A stretch of DNA of 64,000 bases from Marsupella aquatica (lineage: Eukaryota; Plantae; Marchantiophyta), in contig OZ316897.1 of assembly GCA_973895155.1 (NCBI GenBank), positions 62,001-126,000 on the forward strand, read 5' to 3'. Below the pieces are notes generated by a model. That model ran no database searches and was not told the origin of the DNA. It saw only the letters and a list, made by a program, of their open reading frames with translations. Below, in pieces: positions 1-12,633 of the stretch (within the stretch, counting starts at the first letter, position 1; the number at the start of each line of letters is the position of its first letter). The position numbers and the translations under genes were made by a program.

Positions 1-805
1 TTTTGGATTTAGCCTGGTCATCATTATATTTGGTATTGAAATTCAGATTCTGACGTCATTTTAGCGATTCTTTCAAGAAGAGTAAGGGTTGGCATAATCT
101 CGTTGAAAAATGGAATGTTGTCATCATGACTTTGCAATATTGGGCAAGTTGAGGTGTGAAAGGTAAGGCATGTTACTTGTTATGGGGGTGATATATTGAA
201 ATGGGGAGGTTTTGCAAGATAGAAGAACTCAAATAAATCAACTCAAAGGTGGAATTGATATGATCAGCACACGTACCCTTGAGAGTAACAAACACTTTGA
301 TGATGAGGCACCAACCACAAGTTGAAAACCCCAAAGGACAAGGGTGGGTGTGGATGTCCGGAAAATGGTCTTATTCTTGTGGGGTTAGTGGTATGCATTT
401 TATTGTATGACTTTGTAGAAGAAACATACAGGCAACTTCACCTTGTTTAGTAAATCACCCTTATACTCATTGGGCTCGTTACTTGCTTCCCATGGGCTGA
501 AGATACAACTGTAGAGATTCTAGGTGGGCATCCAAACTCATCAAGGGCATAGTTACACTTGATTTGCGTGAACACCTCCAGTCATCAAATTATTGAATGT
601 TGTCCAAACTAATCTTCTAAGCCATTTTGGTTTGCCATGACACAACCCATGCAGACCATTGAAATAAGCACATGTCAAACTGATTTTTTTGAATACCCTG
701 TCTGATTCTTGTAGGCCCGCTTGTAGATCCATTACAAGGAGTCAGAGTGAATTGCAGAATTGGCCATTGTTTGTAACGGGTCTGGAAGGCTTGACAAGGT
801 TAGTA

Positions 806-1450
806 CATCTTAACACTTGCATTTTATGATTGACATGAGGGCATTCCAGCACTCATGTTGCAAGGCAGGGGGCTGTTTCACCTGGATTCAATTATGATAA
901 GAATTACATATAAAAGTAGAAAGGAAGAATTAAATTCACATCCTTTATTGCCTCCTATTATTTTCACCTTCCCATGTACTTGTTTCGTCTATGGTATCAC
1001 ATTGTTTCTGGGGGCGGTGGTGGTTGGAAAAGGTTGGCACATTTTGACACTTGCATTTAACAATTGAGATAAGGGCATTCCGGCACTCATGTTGCAAGGC
1101 AGGGGGCTGTTTGACCCGGAGTCAATCATACAAAAATTATATATAAAAGTAGAAAAAAAAACCAAATTCACATCCTACATTTCCTCCTACTGTTTTCCCT
1201 CTCCTGCTTGTTTCTATTAAGGTATCATATTATTTCTAAAGAAGGAGGGGGGCAGCTCAAAAATGTTAATATATCTTGACACTTACATTTAATGATTGAG
1301 ATGAGGGCATTCCGGCACTCATGTTGCAAGGCAGGGGGCTGTTTGACCCGGACTCAATCATACAAGAATTACATATAAAAGTAGAAAAGAAAAACCAAAT
1401 TCACATTCTACATTTCCTCCTACTATTTTCGCTTTCTTACATATTTCTAT
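806..1450. repeat. Tandem repeat, about 3 copies of a ~235-bp unit
   Basis: GAGGGCATTCC(A/G)GCACTCATGTTGCAAGGCAGGGGGCTGTTT-like core recurs at ~837, ~1071 and ~1304 with similar flanks. Confidence 0.9.
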
Positions 1451-4269
1451 TATAGTTGTAGTTTGCCAGAGAGAACCAAAAGCACACTTTTATGTCTCTA
1501 AACTTTTATGAACCCTAAAGTTCCACTGACCATTTGTCTTATGAATCTATACAACACAGCGGAGTTATATGAATTCACATGGTCCGAGAATTCCCAAGAT
1601 TACAGGGATTTATGAAAATATACATTTTGACTGGGATGACAAAGATTTAGAGTAAAGATCTCTTTATTTTCACACAAAGTGCATTTTGGAATGACATGGG
1701 AGTTTGAAAGTTTAGATGGATATCCTCTACGAATGCATGATTCTTTCAACATCCCATCCGAGCTTACGACTCTTTTTGGTCTTTCTCCGTGGTTTAAAAA
1801 GCAAAAGCCAACGCCCGCTGAATGGCTCCCTTTTTGCTAAAAGGCATTAAAACAGAAGCTCAATTTAGTCAATTGACACATTAGCTGTCCGCTATAAAGT
1901 TGGATTGCACGACATCACAAGTGACGTGTTTACCATGTTTTGGGAGCTACTCCTTCGCAGTAGCTGTCACCTTCTCCCAAGCCTGGTGGGTTGTGTTGTT
2001 GAGAGATCGCTACTACTACAGTACTCGTTCTGTTGACGGACGATCAGCTGGGCCGGAAAGCAAGGAGCGATACAAATCAGACTTCGAGATTTGTAACTCG
2101 ATTCTGACTTCTGTGTCAATTAGTAACATTTGGCAGTACTATCTGCGGGTTTCCTTCTCAAGCTATCACCAATGGAGAAATCGAGTCGTTGGTCAGTCTG
2201 TTTTACTGGACCATTGCACCTTCATTCGCCGGTGCCCCATGATCAGAAACCAGCGTCAATTGTATCAGAATTTGTGAAATCAAGATCTAAAGTGCCTTGG
2301 TCCTCTTAAAGCGACAGGTTGCCAACCAGCTTTCATAGCAGATCGGAAGGAAAAATTGAACTAAGTCTGCCTCACTGAAGGTGCATGTTTATGGATTTTA
2401 CACATCTTGCCTCTACCACTTCTGTTGACATTTTGTCCTAGCTCAGTGACTGAGGTCGACTTGCGATGATATCCAAAACTCTATGTTAAGTATATGCGGA
2501 AAAGAGATAGTCCTATGAATATCTTAAGAACGTCCTTGAACTAAAGGACATGAGGGGCAATTTGACTAAAACTTTGTACAGATCGTTTAGAGTAGGTCCA
2601 TATCAGTGGACATAATTTTACGGCTGGAGTTAGTAGCCACTTGGATTAATACAACACGGCACCTTAGGCATACTCCAAATCCCACCTTGTAATTTTACTG
2701 GAGACCCCAGTTTTGATCTGGTTGACGGCATTTTGTCTACTCAATTGATTCAGAGCCCTACACCAGCTTGCCAATTTGTGATGGCATAAACGAAGGAATT
2801 TTGCGTCCTCATCGGCCGCTGCAGTCTAGCTCGTCTACCAGCAAGACAAGCGCGAACCATACTTACACCAATAGGTTCAGATCCATGATTTAGGAAAATA
2901 ACCTTTTTGGGGAAGCGTTCGCGGAACCAGATGGGACCCGGCCCCGTGCCTATCGATCTCATGAGTGCCTCTGTAATTATTTGCCTTGTTTTGAGCAGTC
3001 ACTTACATAATCGTACTGTCTGGAGTCTCCAGACAAGAAGGTTTGTTTGATTTTTGTCATCGCTGATCCACATCGTGGGTCGTCTCCTCGATTTAGTCGC
3101 GTTTTTGTTATATCTGATTGGCATGTACGTTCCGTTTGTGAGTACGTTCTAGTGAGAATCCTCCTTGTTACTACCTGCTCCAACCACCCTGGATTGCTGT
3201 GCGTCGGTGAGCAGAGTCTTTCTTGTTGCCTCAAAAAAAACCAAAAGAGCTCCATTAAATTAGTCAGCATACAGAAAGGCGGAGCCCCAGAAAAGAGCGC
3301 CAACCCAGGTGGACCGAAGGTCGATGTGCCGGGACCTGTGAAGCAGAGTCTCTTTCGAGCTTCTCCTGTCGGTGGAAAATTCCGAGTCCCAAATCCCAAG
3401 GGTCTAGCCCAGGTCTCTCCTCCAACCTTACTCAACCCCAAAAGTAGATTATCTGGAACAGTGGGATCGCCTCGGTGGATGGGAGGGGTGGGGGGCTCCA
3501 AGATTCCCCTCTGTAGCCTCCCATGGGAGTCTGGGCCATGTCTCAGTGTAGGGGCTGATAAAGAAGGCTCCAAGAGGGTTGGTTTTCTAGAGTTAGAAAG
3601 TCCGTAGCCCCTTGTGTATCCTCAATCAGCCAGCATATTGTCAGATTATTATCAATATATTTCTTTGACCTATCTGCCTATCCAATTGCCATTTTAGTTA
3701 TTGTAATGCTTGATCACATTGGGAGTTGAGCTACAGACAAAAGAATGGAGGCTTCAAGCTGCCCAAAGGGCAACGTGACTCACTGCCCAAAGAAATAGAT
3801 TTCCTTTAATTTGGTCAGATTGTGGCTTTGTTACTTTTTGTCTTCCCACACTTTGCATCCTTTTTTAGTAAAATTGTTGATTTTTGTCAAATTTTGAAGA
3901 GAGAGTGGGTGAGAGAGAAAGAAACAGACGTGGGATTGCGTTGCAACACTGGACAAGCAGATAGGCCAAAGGAATTGACAATAATCTGACAACCCTGGAT
4001 CACCAATGCCTTGGAACTGGCGCAGAATGAGGCATTGGCACCGATGCCTTGGAACTAGCGCACCGGAGAGGCAGATAGGCCAAAGGAATTGACAATAATT
4101 TGACAACCCTGGATCACCGATGCCTTGGAACTAGCGCAGAATGAAGCATTGGCAGCTACCTCTGCGTAGCCCCACCCATGCTCCAAGAAATCTCAATTGC
4201 CCTTTCCCTCATACAATGAGCTGGATGTCACGACTCCAAGGTTCCACTACATCTGACAACGGCATCTTT

Positions 4270-4583
4270 AGTGTCATTACCACTACATCTGTGTTCCTTG
4301 GGGTGATCAAATCTAGTGTCTTGAGTCAAGCGTTTTCCGCTTGTTGTTGATAGTGGGACTTAACAAAGCTCGATCTTACTTAGAATATCCAGAATCATCT
4401 CCACCATTACCTCCCCGTGGCACACCTTATTAAAGCTGCTCTAACCGATCCAGGACTATGACCTTCACATTTGTCATTTTGAGAAAGCAGCAACTGGCAA
4501 TATATAGTTGTTTGCAGCACCTGTGATGTCTGTGGGGGCCAATGAGAAAGAAATCAAAGTTACAACACATTTGTACATGACCA
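4270..4583 (-). pseudogene. COPB1: Coatomer subunit beta (beta-COP) fragment, intronless, multiply frameshifted
   Basis: Three minus-strand frames give VMYKCVVTLISFSLAPTDITGAANNY / [10 protein letters not shown] / NVKVIVLDRLEQL / HGEVMVEMILDIL / RALLSPTINNKRKTLD / LDLITPRNTDVVVMTLK, colinear with plant beta-COP as I recall it ([44 protein letters not shown]...RALSSPNLDIRRKTLD..LDLITPRN). Confidence 0.8.
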
Positions 4584-5039
4584 AGGGGGGCGGAGTCTAG
4601 ACTTGTCACAAGCTCGGACAACGGGAGGTCACTCATGGTTTGGGAGATCATTTAAGATTTGCAATGTTTTAAGATTTGCAATGCAAGACTTTCAGTGCAA
4701 TGGACAATAGATGTTAAATTAGATGTGGCCTTTGTGATACGTTCTTGCCTCTGTGAAAGTATATCATGCTTATTGTCTGGAGATTGTCTCACAAATGTAT
4801 ATCCTTCCTTTTGTCTTTTGCTGTGCCAAAGACTTTTACTGTGCCGAAAACGAAGACCCAAGCTGTACCGAAGACCAAACTGTGCTGAATTCAAGTTTGA
4901 CAACAAATTTCCAGGAGACCAAACTGTGCTGAATTCAAGTTCGACAACAAATTTCCAAGAGGTAAGTACACCATGTCACAAATTGTAACCACTAGAACAT
5001 AAATGTGAAGTACACGGCTTATATAATGAACAAGTCTGC

Positions 5040-5280
5040 ATCGCGACAGTGCTTGTAAACGTTTTTCATGAGTATTACACACCGTCATGGCTACATGCCA
5101 TTGCATTTATGCCCCGGCCCAGATGCACGCAGTCTGGTTGATCCAGTAATGCACGACAGTGCTTGTAGACGTTTTTCACGAGTATTGCGCACCCTCATGG
5201 CTGCATGCCATTGCATTTATGCCCCGGCCCAGATGCACGCAGTCTGGTTGATCCAGTGATGCATTTACGCCCCGGCCTAG
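5040..5280. repeat. Tandem duplication, ~113-bp unit
   Basis: CGACAGTGCTTGTA...TGCCATTGCATTTATGCCCCGGCCCAGATGCACGCAGTCTGGTTGATCCAGT occurs twice. Confidence 0.85.
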
Positions 5281-8200
5281 ACTCCACTATAGCCAGCAGC
5301 CCATGTTCAACCATAACTACGACATCTGGTCAGCTTGGTTAAGCTTTATTCACTATGATCCAGACCTGTGGATTTTCTTTCCACACCAAGGCGAATTTAA
5401 GCAAGTGGACATTTCAATATCACCCACATCCCTAGCCAACCACGTTTTCTCTACTGCTTTCCTGAATGCATGGCCGAGAATAAAAGGAACGTAGACGTCG
5501 CATGGTATCTAAACTTTAGTGTGCACGAGTTTCAGAGTGATGTTTTGGCTTACTGTCATATTCCAGATGGGATGTGCAAGCTACTGTAGTTTCGGAGTTG
5601 TTCTGCAATGATATAACGCTATCATGTGGACAACTTTCTGGAAATTCTAAAGTATTGGAAGTTAGCATCCTTCTGGTTTTCAATGGTTTCTCCCCGTTGC
5701 GCCGAATGTTCAGTTGAAGCTGATGAACATTTTATCCTCTCTCCCTGCGTAGCTAATTTTTGGGTGTTGTCCAGGAAGTGCTTCATCTGGAAAAGAAGTC
5801 TTGCAAATCTTGATTGACTACTTTAGTGTCTGCTACGACCCATTATCGATCCCATGGTTGGTGAAAGCCTGTCTGAAATCATGCGTAATTAATGAAGCCA
5901 ATCGGATTGGCACTGAGCAATCAAATACTCCAATTTGGGCAGAGTTTGGCTTTGAGACTGTACCCAAACTAGCTTGCTGAGCTAGATGCTGAACTACTCC
6001 ACGCCCAATCAAACTCGGCCCCGGTGCCAATAGTACTACACATGCTATCGCATCATACCTAGCATGAAGTCTACACATGCTATCGCATCATACCTAGCAT
6101 GAAGTCAGCTGATCAGATTGTACACACTACACTGCTGGTCAGGGCTCAAATGCGAAAGCGTTATTCCTGCTACTGGGGCCTACAGCAGCCTTAGCTCCTG
6201 CAGCAGATTAACAAAATATGCAGCAGCCGGGGCTGGGGCCAGAGCTGCAGGTCCAACCGCTCCAGTTGTTGAGGCGCCTACAGATCCTGGTTCATTGGGG
6301 TCATTCGGCCCATTACTCCCTTTGTTGCAAATCGACAGGCGCTTCGATATTTTGTTAATCATACCTCAGCGCCTACCCTTGCCCCATCGTCTCTATCTTA
6401 AAGCAAGATGAGCACCCGCATACGACTAATGTCTACCCAACACTCCCTCTTTCTATTTGGCCGCGCCAGCAGCCAGCCATGCATTTGCAGCAAGGTGCAA
6501 ATTGGCATGACCAACACGACACAACAGTATGAAGTATTTCGAGATCAAAATTCTTCTCGAATCTCCAATGTGTAAATGCGCACTGTATACGGGGCAAAAT
6601 ACTTCTCCTTCAATGTCTGTCTAGGTTGTTTCGAGCTGCTGCAGTTGTACTCTTCCCTATAAGCGAGTTCTTGTCATTGGAAATGGAATGTGATTTAGTG
6701 AATGCCTTTTGCATATCAGGGCTAGGGACATCTACGATATTTTCTGTAGATGGCAATAGGAAAACATAGGAAATGATGGTGGATATGTGCTCCTGTGTCG
6801 TAATTGTTTTTGTTTAGCTACAAAATAATGTTCTGGACCTAATTCTGACTTTCTATCTTGGTTTAGAAGATGCTACTGGCTTGGTGGTGCATAAGGATCA
6901 ACGCAATAAACTATCTTCTGCTACAGTTTAGTTCCTGGCCATATCATGATTGTTTATTAAGATTAGTGGAGTCCCTTACCATGTGAGAAAATCAGTCGGT
7001 GCTTTCATCTCCACAACACTATACTGCCATAGCAGCCCACTTATCATCCAAGGTTTCAGATTTCAAGCTGCCTGATTTTGAGGATTACTACTCATTGTGA
7101 ATAAGAGACTCGACGTTTCAGATTAGGTCGATCGTGGTCTGCAAAATGCGGTGAAAACTACTTCTCTCCTCGTCTATAACGTTTGTAATCTAAGTTGAAT
7201 CATTATTACTGGAACTCGGTCACTAGCCAATTTCAGAACAACCTTTCGTGGGCGACTTCTTGCAGTATTATTGATGGACCTATATCTACTCTTCATTGAA
7301 ATTAAGATGTGGGTACGATTCTTGCCTCCTTGAGAACAGATGATATTGCAGGCATTGTGAGAAGTATTGTCTAGATTGAATGAATATCTACTACTCCCCT
7401 AATTCGATTATGCTGGAGGAGGTGCTGCATTCCACAGAGAAGTGTTGATGAATACTGTTATTACTGCGCTTGAATAAATGCTTGCTCTCTCCATTCCCAA
7501 CGGCAAGGTTTATAATTATCAGATATTGTCGGCCTCGGTAAAGTCATTGACCTTCCCCCATTGTGAAGAGAAGATGAGTAAATTCTATCCCCACGCTAGC
7601 TATGTCCTTATGCTCCTCGCTCCTCCACTACTTAGACTGCTACGCAAGTCTTACAAAGCCAGGCCGATGCTGAACAGGGGAATATTTCCCATGCCATAAG
7701 GTCAGCTGCGCCACCACGAACACCTCCCGGAGCCTCCTTCCTCCGACTTCCAATCCCCGAATAAGCACATGCCCTGCCCTGCCTAGGACTTCACTCTCGT
7801 GTCTCAATCGCAGTCATGAGTTCAGCATCATTGGTAATACCTACGGTGGTCCCCTATGGCGCTGCTCTCCTTTGTATTGCGCGTGGGAAGACCGAAATCT
7901 AGCGACATTTTCAAACCATGTATTGTGCAGCCGTTATGAGCAACTCGCATCCTTTGCTCACAAATTAACTGTCTTTCTCTGTCACGCCCACGGTTTTGCT
8001 GCTGAACTTTGCAATTTCAAACACTTCAACGTAGGCCTCTTTAACTTTCTCTGGGCGCTTCAAGGAGATGGATTCCAAACAGCCCTCCACCGGGATATAA
8101 TCACTGAGACTACACTTCAATGCCTACAATGTCACTACGCGCGCCACGAAGCGAAGGAAAGGAATGACGGAAAAAATGTGGCAGAGGCTTGCCTTCAGCT

Positions 8201-9137
8201 CGGAAGCTCTTCACCAACAGCTCAGTCGCACCGACAAATCAAGTGCGAAACCTCTAAGTTGGCCTACATTGAAGTACCTAGGACTTCTGATTGCTGGTCT
8301 CATAGCTCGCAAGGTGCACTGTCAAATTCCCATAACGCCACGTTCGACTGGCTCAGCTTCGCTGTCAAGAACGATGGGCTTAGCCTTCTTAAGGTTGATC
8401 CACTTACGGTGACAATTCTCCGAGGAGAGCTCCTGGTCAAACTCTTGAGTGTCGTCCACCTTGAAGGAACCGGAGCTAACTCCTTTCCAGCTTCCTTTCT
8501 TCAACTGCGCATGGCCAGCCTGCTCTACTTTCAGCTTTCCAGATGCTACTGCGCGTCAGGGAGAGCACTATGGGTTGTGGGTTGGGCAAAGCCTTCCCTC
8601 AAATCCACAATAGTTTTGAATCCCTTTCCACCAGCCGGCTTAGCCCTGCCTCACTGATGTCCCCACCTCGCCAGAAAGCCACATTTTCATCCTTGTAAAG
8701 GGATCGTGCACTTTTGGAAGACCGAAGCCTGACGGGTGCAAGATTGGGGATATCAGCGGAACTAGGGATTCCCCGGAAAACCAGCATCCAGGCAAGGCAT
8801 TCTTCAGTTTCAGCATCCTTTCCTGAGCTTCCAATCCTTGCTGAGAATCAAAGGGCAAGAGGGATTCCAGAGCCCACTCTAGTGTTTGATGCTATGGAAT
8901 GACATCTAATTTTAGGGTCCCTAAACCCTAGTGACATCTATTTGTAGGAAAGAAGTCTTCATTGTTTACAAACTTGATTCATGCTTGTTTCATAGCAGTC
9001 CTTGTATTAATTAAAACATCAATGTGCTCTTAGTTAAGAAAACTACTATTGGGGAATAAATGACCTTGCCATGAGGGTACTCTATTTGGATGGCAGTTTT
9101 TACTGCAAAAGTGAGGAGGTCTGGCTGGGATGGGACA

Positions 9138-9380
9138 TCATTGGGTTTGCGCATTCTTAAGCCATGAATTGCTGACTATTTTGTTCAAGATGACTCCAAA
9201 ATTCAATGAATCCAGTATATACTAGATGGACTAGGTCTATGCAACTAGGATGGGAGACCTTTTAATATTCATTGGGTTTGCACATTCTTAAGCTATGAAT
9301 TGCTGACTAGTTTGTTCAAGATGACTCCAAAATTCAATGAATCTAGTATATACTAGATGGACTAGGTCTATGCAACTAGG
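9138..9380. repeat. Tandem duplication, ~131-bp unit
   Basis: CATTGGGTTTGC...GACTAGGTCTATGCAACTAGG at ~9138-9249 and ~9270-9380. Confidence 0.9.
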
Positions 9381-9874
9381 TTAGGTTTTCTCTTCTGACC
9401 ATGTTGTCATTATTATAACAAAAATTAACAATCTTTATTTAGTCCAATTTTAACTCACAAATTTCCAACCATACTTTAATAACCTATAATTAATTTTTAT
9501 AGATAATTTTTGGTTACATGCATGAATGATCTTAGTGTACACATGATATATGACATTGAAATCAACAATTTATTATGTAACCCTAAGGATTATCATTGCA
9601 ATGACAATAATTCTTTTGAATCCTTTGTATTTTATCTCATTCGTATCCTTGTTTGAAATGGTGTTGCAGAGTTCTTTTGGCTCTTCATGTCAACATAGAA
9701 TCAAGGTGTAGGGTGAGCAATTGTAGTAGTGGATCAGATCTCTCGTGGGCTCACGAACCTGAAGGTAGGGCTGGTGTCCATCCTATACACAGTGACACTT
9801 CCAATTCATTCCAATTACAACAAATATCTTTCCAGCATGTCAACTAAATTGCAATGTCTTATTGATTTGTAGGC

Positions 9875-10555
9875 ATGGCACGTAACAAGCAGAAGGCCAA
9901 GAAGCCTAAGACGGAGGTGAGCAACACACAGGTGTCTTGCACAGATTGTGAGAATTTCTCCAAGAGTCAAGTGTACCAGAAGGCAGCTCATTGTTGTGCC
10001 ATTTGTGATGATGGTGGGGGCTTGGTTATCTGTGATGGCCCATGCACGAGACATTTCCACCTAAACCCTGAGTCTAACCTTGCTGTAGAGAACAATTGTC
10101 CAGGGGTGGGGCTCCCCTCTGCACACAAGGGAGCCTGGATGTGCACTGATTGTGTAGAGAAGCAAGCTAAGTGTGCACAGTGTGGAAAGTTGGGGTCTTA
10201 TGAGACCTTTGCTGATGCCGGACTAGTTGTTAGGAAATGCCCTGACAGATTTTGCATAAGATTTTATTGTTTGTCATGTTTGCCTACTCATGCCACAGTC
10301 TGCCCACTTCATACATGCAAGGCATGTGGTGAGCATGATGATGAGTATTGGACAGACATAGTCCATTGTGTTAGATGTCCCACAATGTGGCATTTTCATT
10401 GTTTGAAGGACCTTCAAGCAGAAGGCTATGCTTGTGACAGAGAAATCTATGATCACTCTGCACATGGCGTTGATCGATGGATCTTTTATTGTCATCGCCA
10501 TCCGATTGATCCTACTTTGCATACTCCTGTCAGAGATCACATATCTTGGCTTTGA
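9875..10555 (+). CDS. Stand-alone EDM2-type composite PHD-finger protein (226 aa), intact
   Basis: CAICDDGG..ICDGPCTRHFH...WMCTDC..KQAKCAQCGKLGS...KC...C.RFYC..C...CPLHTCKAC...HCVRCPTMWH..CL...FYCHRHPID..L.TPVRDHI follows the EDM2 PHD region including the TPVRDH end. Basic NLS-like N-terminus. AG acceptor-like site just before the ATG. Confidence 0.85.
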   Translation: MARNKQKAKKPKTEVSNTQVSCTDCENFSKSQVYQKAAHCCAICDDGGGLVICDGPCTRHFHLNPESNLAVENNCPGVGLPSAHKGAWMCTDCVEKQAKCAQCGKLGSYETFADAGLVVRKCPDRFCIRFYCLSCLPTHATVCPLHTCKACGEHDDEYWTDIVHCVRCPTMWHFHCLKDLQAEGYACDREIYDHSAHGVDRWIFYCHRHPIDPTLHTPVRDHISWL

Positions 10556-10956
10556 AGCTGAACGAAGTGGGTTGGTACAGTGCCCCTAATGTGGATGTAT
10601 TGTTTGGAGATTACAGAGAGTTCATTTTTGATGAGAAGGGCCATTGAAATATTAGGCAGCAGTTATCTTGTGCTTACATGTGGCTAGGTACATGCCACTA
10701 AAAACTTACCTTAAGCCTTCCATGATCTCTTCAGACTGAGCAATCATTTTGAAAATTAATAAAATTATAAACTTATTGTTATGTGTCTATGAAGTATAAG
10801 GCTTTTTTAACGGATGACAAATTCTTCGTTTGTATAAATTCTTGATTCTGATTCAATGGGTAGTCCTTCATTTATAACATACTTCATATGTATTATCACA
10901 AAACAATACTCAAGACACTATCTCCTTTTTGTATTCTGTGCAGTATCATTCATATC

Positions 10957-11070
10957 AACATTTGTACAATATTGAAGCCAGACCCAAGAAAAGAAGTGAC
11001 AACTGCTTTCGACAACATTTGTACAATATTGAAGCCAGACCCAAGAAAAGAAGTGACAACTGCTTTCGAC
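10957..11070. repeat. 57-bp perfect tandem duplication upstream of the TET/JBP-like gene
   Basis: AACATTTGTACAATATTGAAGCCAGACCCAAGAAAAGAAGTGACAACTGCTTTCGAC x2. Confidence 0.9.
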
Positions 11071-11089
11071 AAATCAGTACTTTGGGAAG

Positions 11090-11268
11090 GTGAGTACCTA
11101 AACATCAAATTTATTTCTTTCTGTCCTCCTAAATCTTAAATGGTTCATAAATCCAATGATAAAAGTTACAACTTACGGCATTTTGGTACTCAGATCTTAA
11201 ATGGTTCGTGTACTATTTGACCGGAATTGTAATTTTTACTAAATAAATTATTTGTTCTTACATGGCAG
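11090..11268 (+). other. Predicted 5'-UTR spliceosomal intron of the TET/JBP-like gene
   Basis: Donor AAG|GTGAGT at 11089/11090; T-rich tract and GCAG|ATG acceptor abutting the start codon. The upstream exon has an in-frame stop, so it is likely UTR. Confidence 0.6.
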
Positions 11269-12633
11269 ATGGGAAAAAGAAAGCATAATACTTTAAGAAA
11301 AAAAGAATTGGGGGAAGATTTTTCTGTGGATGTATTTGCTACAGTGTGGGAAGACCTCAAAAAATTAGATACCGTAAAATTGAAGTTTGCACTTCATTGG
11401 ATTCTATGTCATGACAACATTCTTGAACTTTTTGTTAAAAAAGTTCTTAGCCTAGAGTCTTCAAGATTTTCAAGAACACTATTCTTGAATGGGTATCAAA
11501 ATTGTAGAAGCCATATCATTCAGATCTTTCCTCCTGAGGTGTTCATTGAAATTGATGATATCTTTTTTCATCATGGTTTCAGACTAAAATTACCTCAACC
11601 TTTGAAAAAATCAATTACTATGTTTTCTAATCTTGACATTAGAAAGCTTAAACTTTTTCAAAAAGAAAGAGATAATCTTTGTAGAAATGGAGGAACTTAT
11701 GCTAAAGTTGAAGTAGACGTTCAACGTATTTCCTCTTCAAAACTAAAAACACTTACTGGTGTAATTTTAGGTGATTGGGATCAAACTACAACAACATTTA
11801 CCTCTGATCCAAACTTTATTTTCTTAAAATTTCCATCAGACCTCATTATCGTAGAAGAAAAGAAAGGATTTACCTATCTTTTTGATAGGTCTGGAGTCAA
11901 ACCATATTTGATAGCAATGATATTCCATCAAGATATCCTATCACCTGATTCAATGGTCTTCATTCGAAGATTATTAGAACAATTACATGCTGCCCATCAT
12001 GTTATCCAAAGAGGGAAAGGAAAAAGATCATGGGAAAGTAAGATGACAGGGTTTGGTCCTTTTCATAATCCTTACAAAAAAGATCAAAGTTGTGTATCTT
12101 TTTATACTCATGAACAAAAGATAAAGACATTCTTCAATCAAGATTGTCCCGATGCAGCCAATTTTGAAGACATGGTAGATAAATATTCTCATCGAGAGTT
12201 AATCGACATTATTCTTGGACTCTACATGTGGTTATGTCCACAAATGTTAGACAGCTTTTTAGATTATTCTCATCCTTACTTATGTTCAAATGATTATAAG
12301 ATGAACATATTTGAGAAAGCACTAAAATGTAAAGGTCCTAGTGCTTATCAATTATATATTAGTAAAGATTATTGTGTAGAAACTCATGCTGATCATGATA
12401 CAGCAGAATTTACTTTATGTTATGTTAGTCATCCTGATACCAAGATTTCTCCTGGAAACTTTGTTATTCCAGAGTATGGAATATTATTACCTATTAGAGA
12501 TGGTAATTTATTTTCATTTCGTAGTGACATTATCCATGGTACAGGATATAGAATTCCAACATCAAATTCTATATATGTAGGAGCTATTACCATAAACAAA
12601 AAATTAGATAGACTTTTACAAAGAAAACATTAA
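11269..12633 (+). CDS. TET/JBP-like 2-oxoglutarate/Fe(II) dioxygenase (454 aa), intact
   Basis: HxD (ETHADHD, His at 12385), GNFVIPEYGILLPIRDGNLFSFRSDIIHGT with distal His at 12535, upstream RG...KMTGFG motif. This spacing is typical of TET/JBP DSBH domains. The canonical C-terminal 2OG-binding Arg is not obvious. ORF is markedly AT-rich. Confidence 0.75.
   Translation: MGKRKHNTLRKKELGEDFSVDVFATVWEDLKKLDTVKLKFALHWILCHDNILELFVKKVLSLESSRFSRTLFLNGYQNCRSHIIQIFPPEVFIEIDDIFFHHGFRLKLPQPLKKSITMFSNLDIRKLKLFQKERDNLCRNGGTYAKVEVDVQRISSSKLKTLTGVILGDWDQTTTTFTSDPNFIFLKFPSDLIIVEEKKGFTYLFDRSGVKPYLIAMIFHQDILSPDSMVFIRRLLEQLHAAHHVIQRGKGKRSWESKMTGFGPFHNPYKKDQSCVSFYTHEQKIKTFFNQDCPDAANFEDMVDKYSHRELIDIILGLYMWLCPQMLDSFLDYSHPYLCSNDYKMNIFEKALKCKGPSAYQLYISKDYCVETHADHDTAEFTLCYVSHPDTKISPGNFVIPEYGILLPIRDGNLFSFRSDIIHGTGYRIPTSNSIYVGAITINKKLDRLLQRKH

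Noticed and set aside
2977-3607. Overlapping 198-aa and 186-aa ORFs on opposite strands
   Set aside because: No motif recognised; probably decayed sequence.
7872-8657. 261-aa ORF
   Set aside because: Non-ATG start and no recognisable domain on either strand; cannot be supported as a gene.
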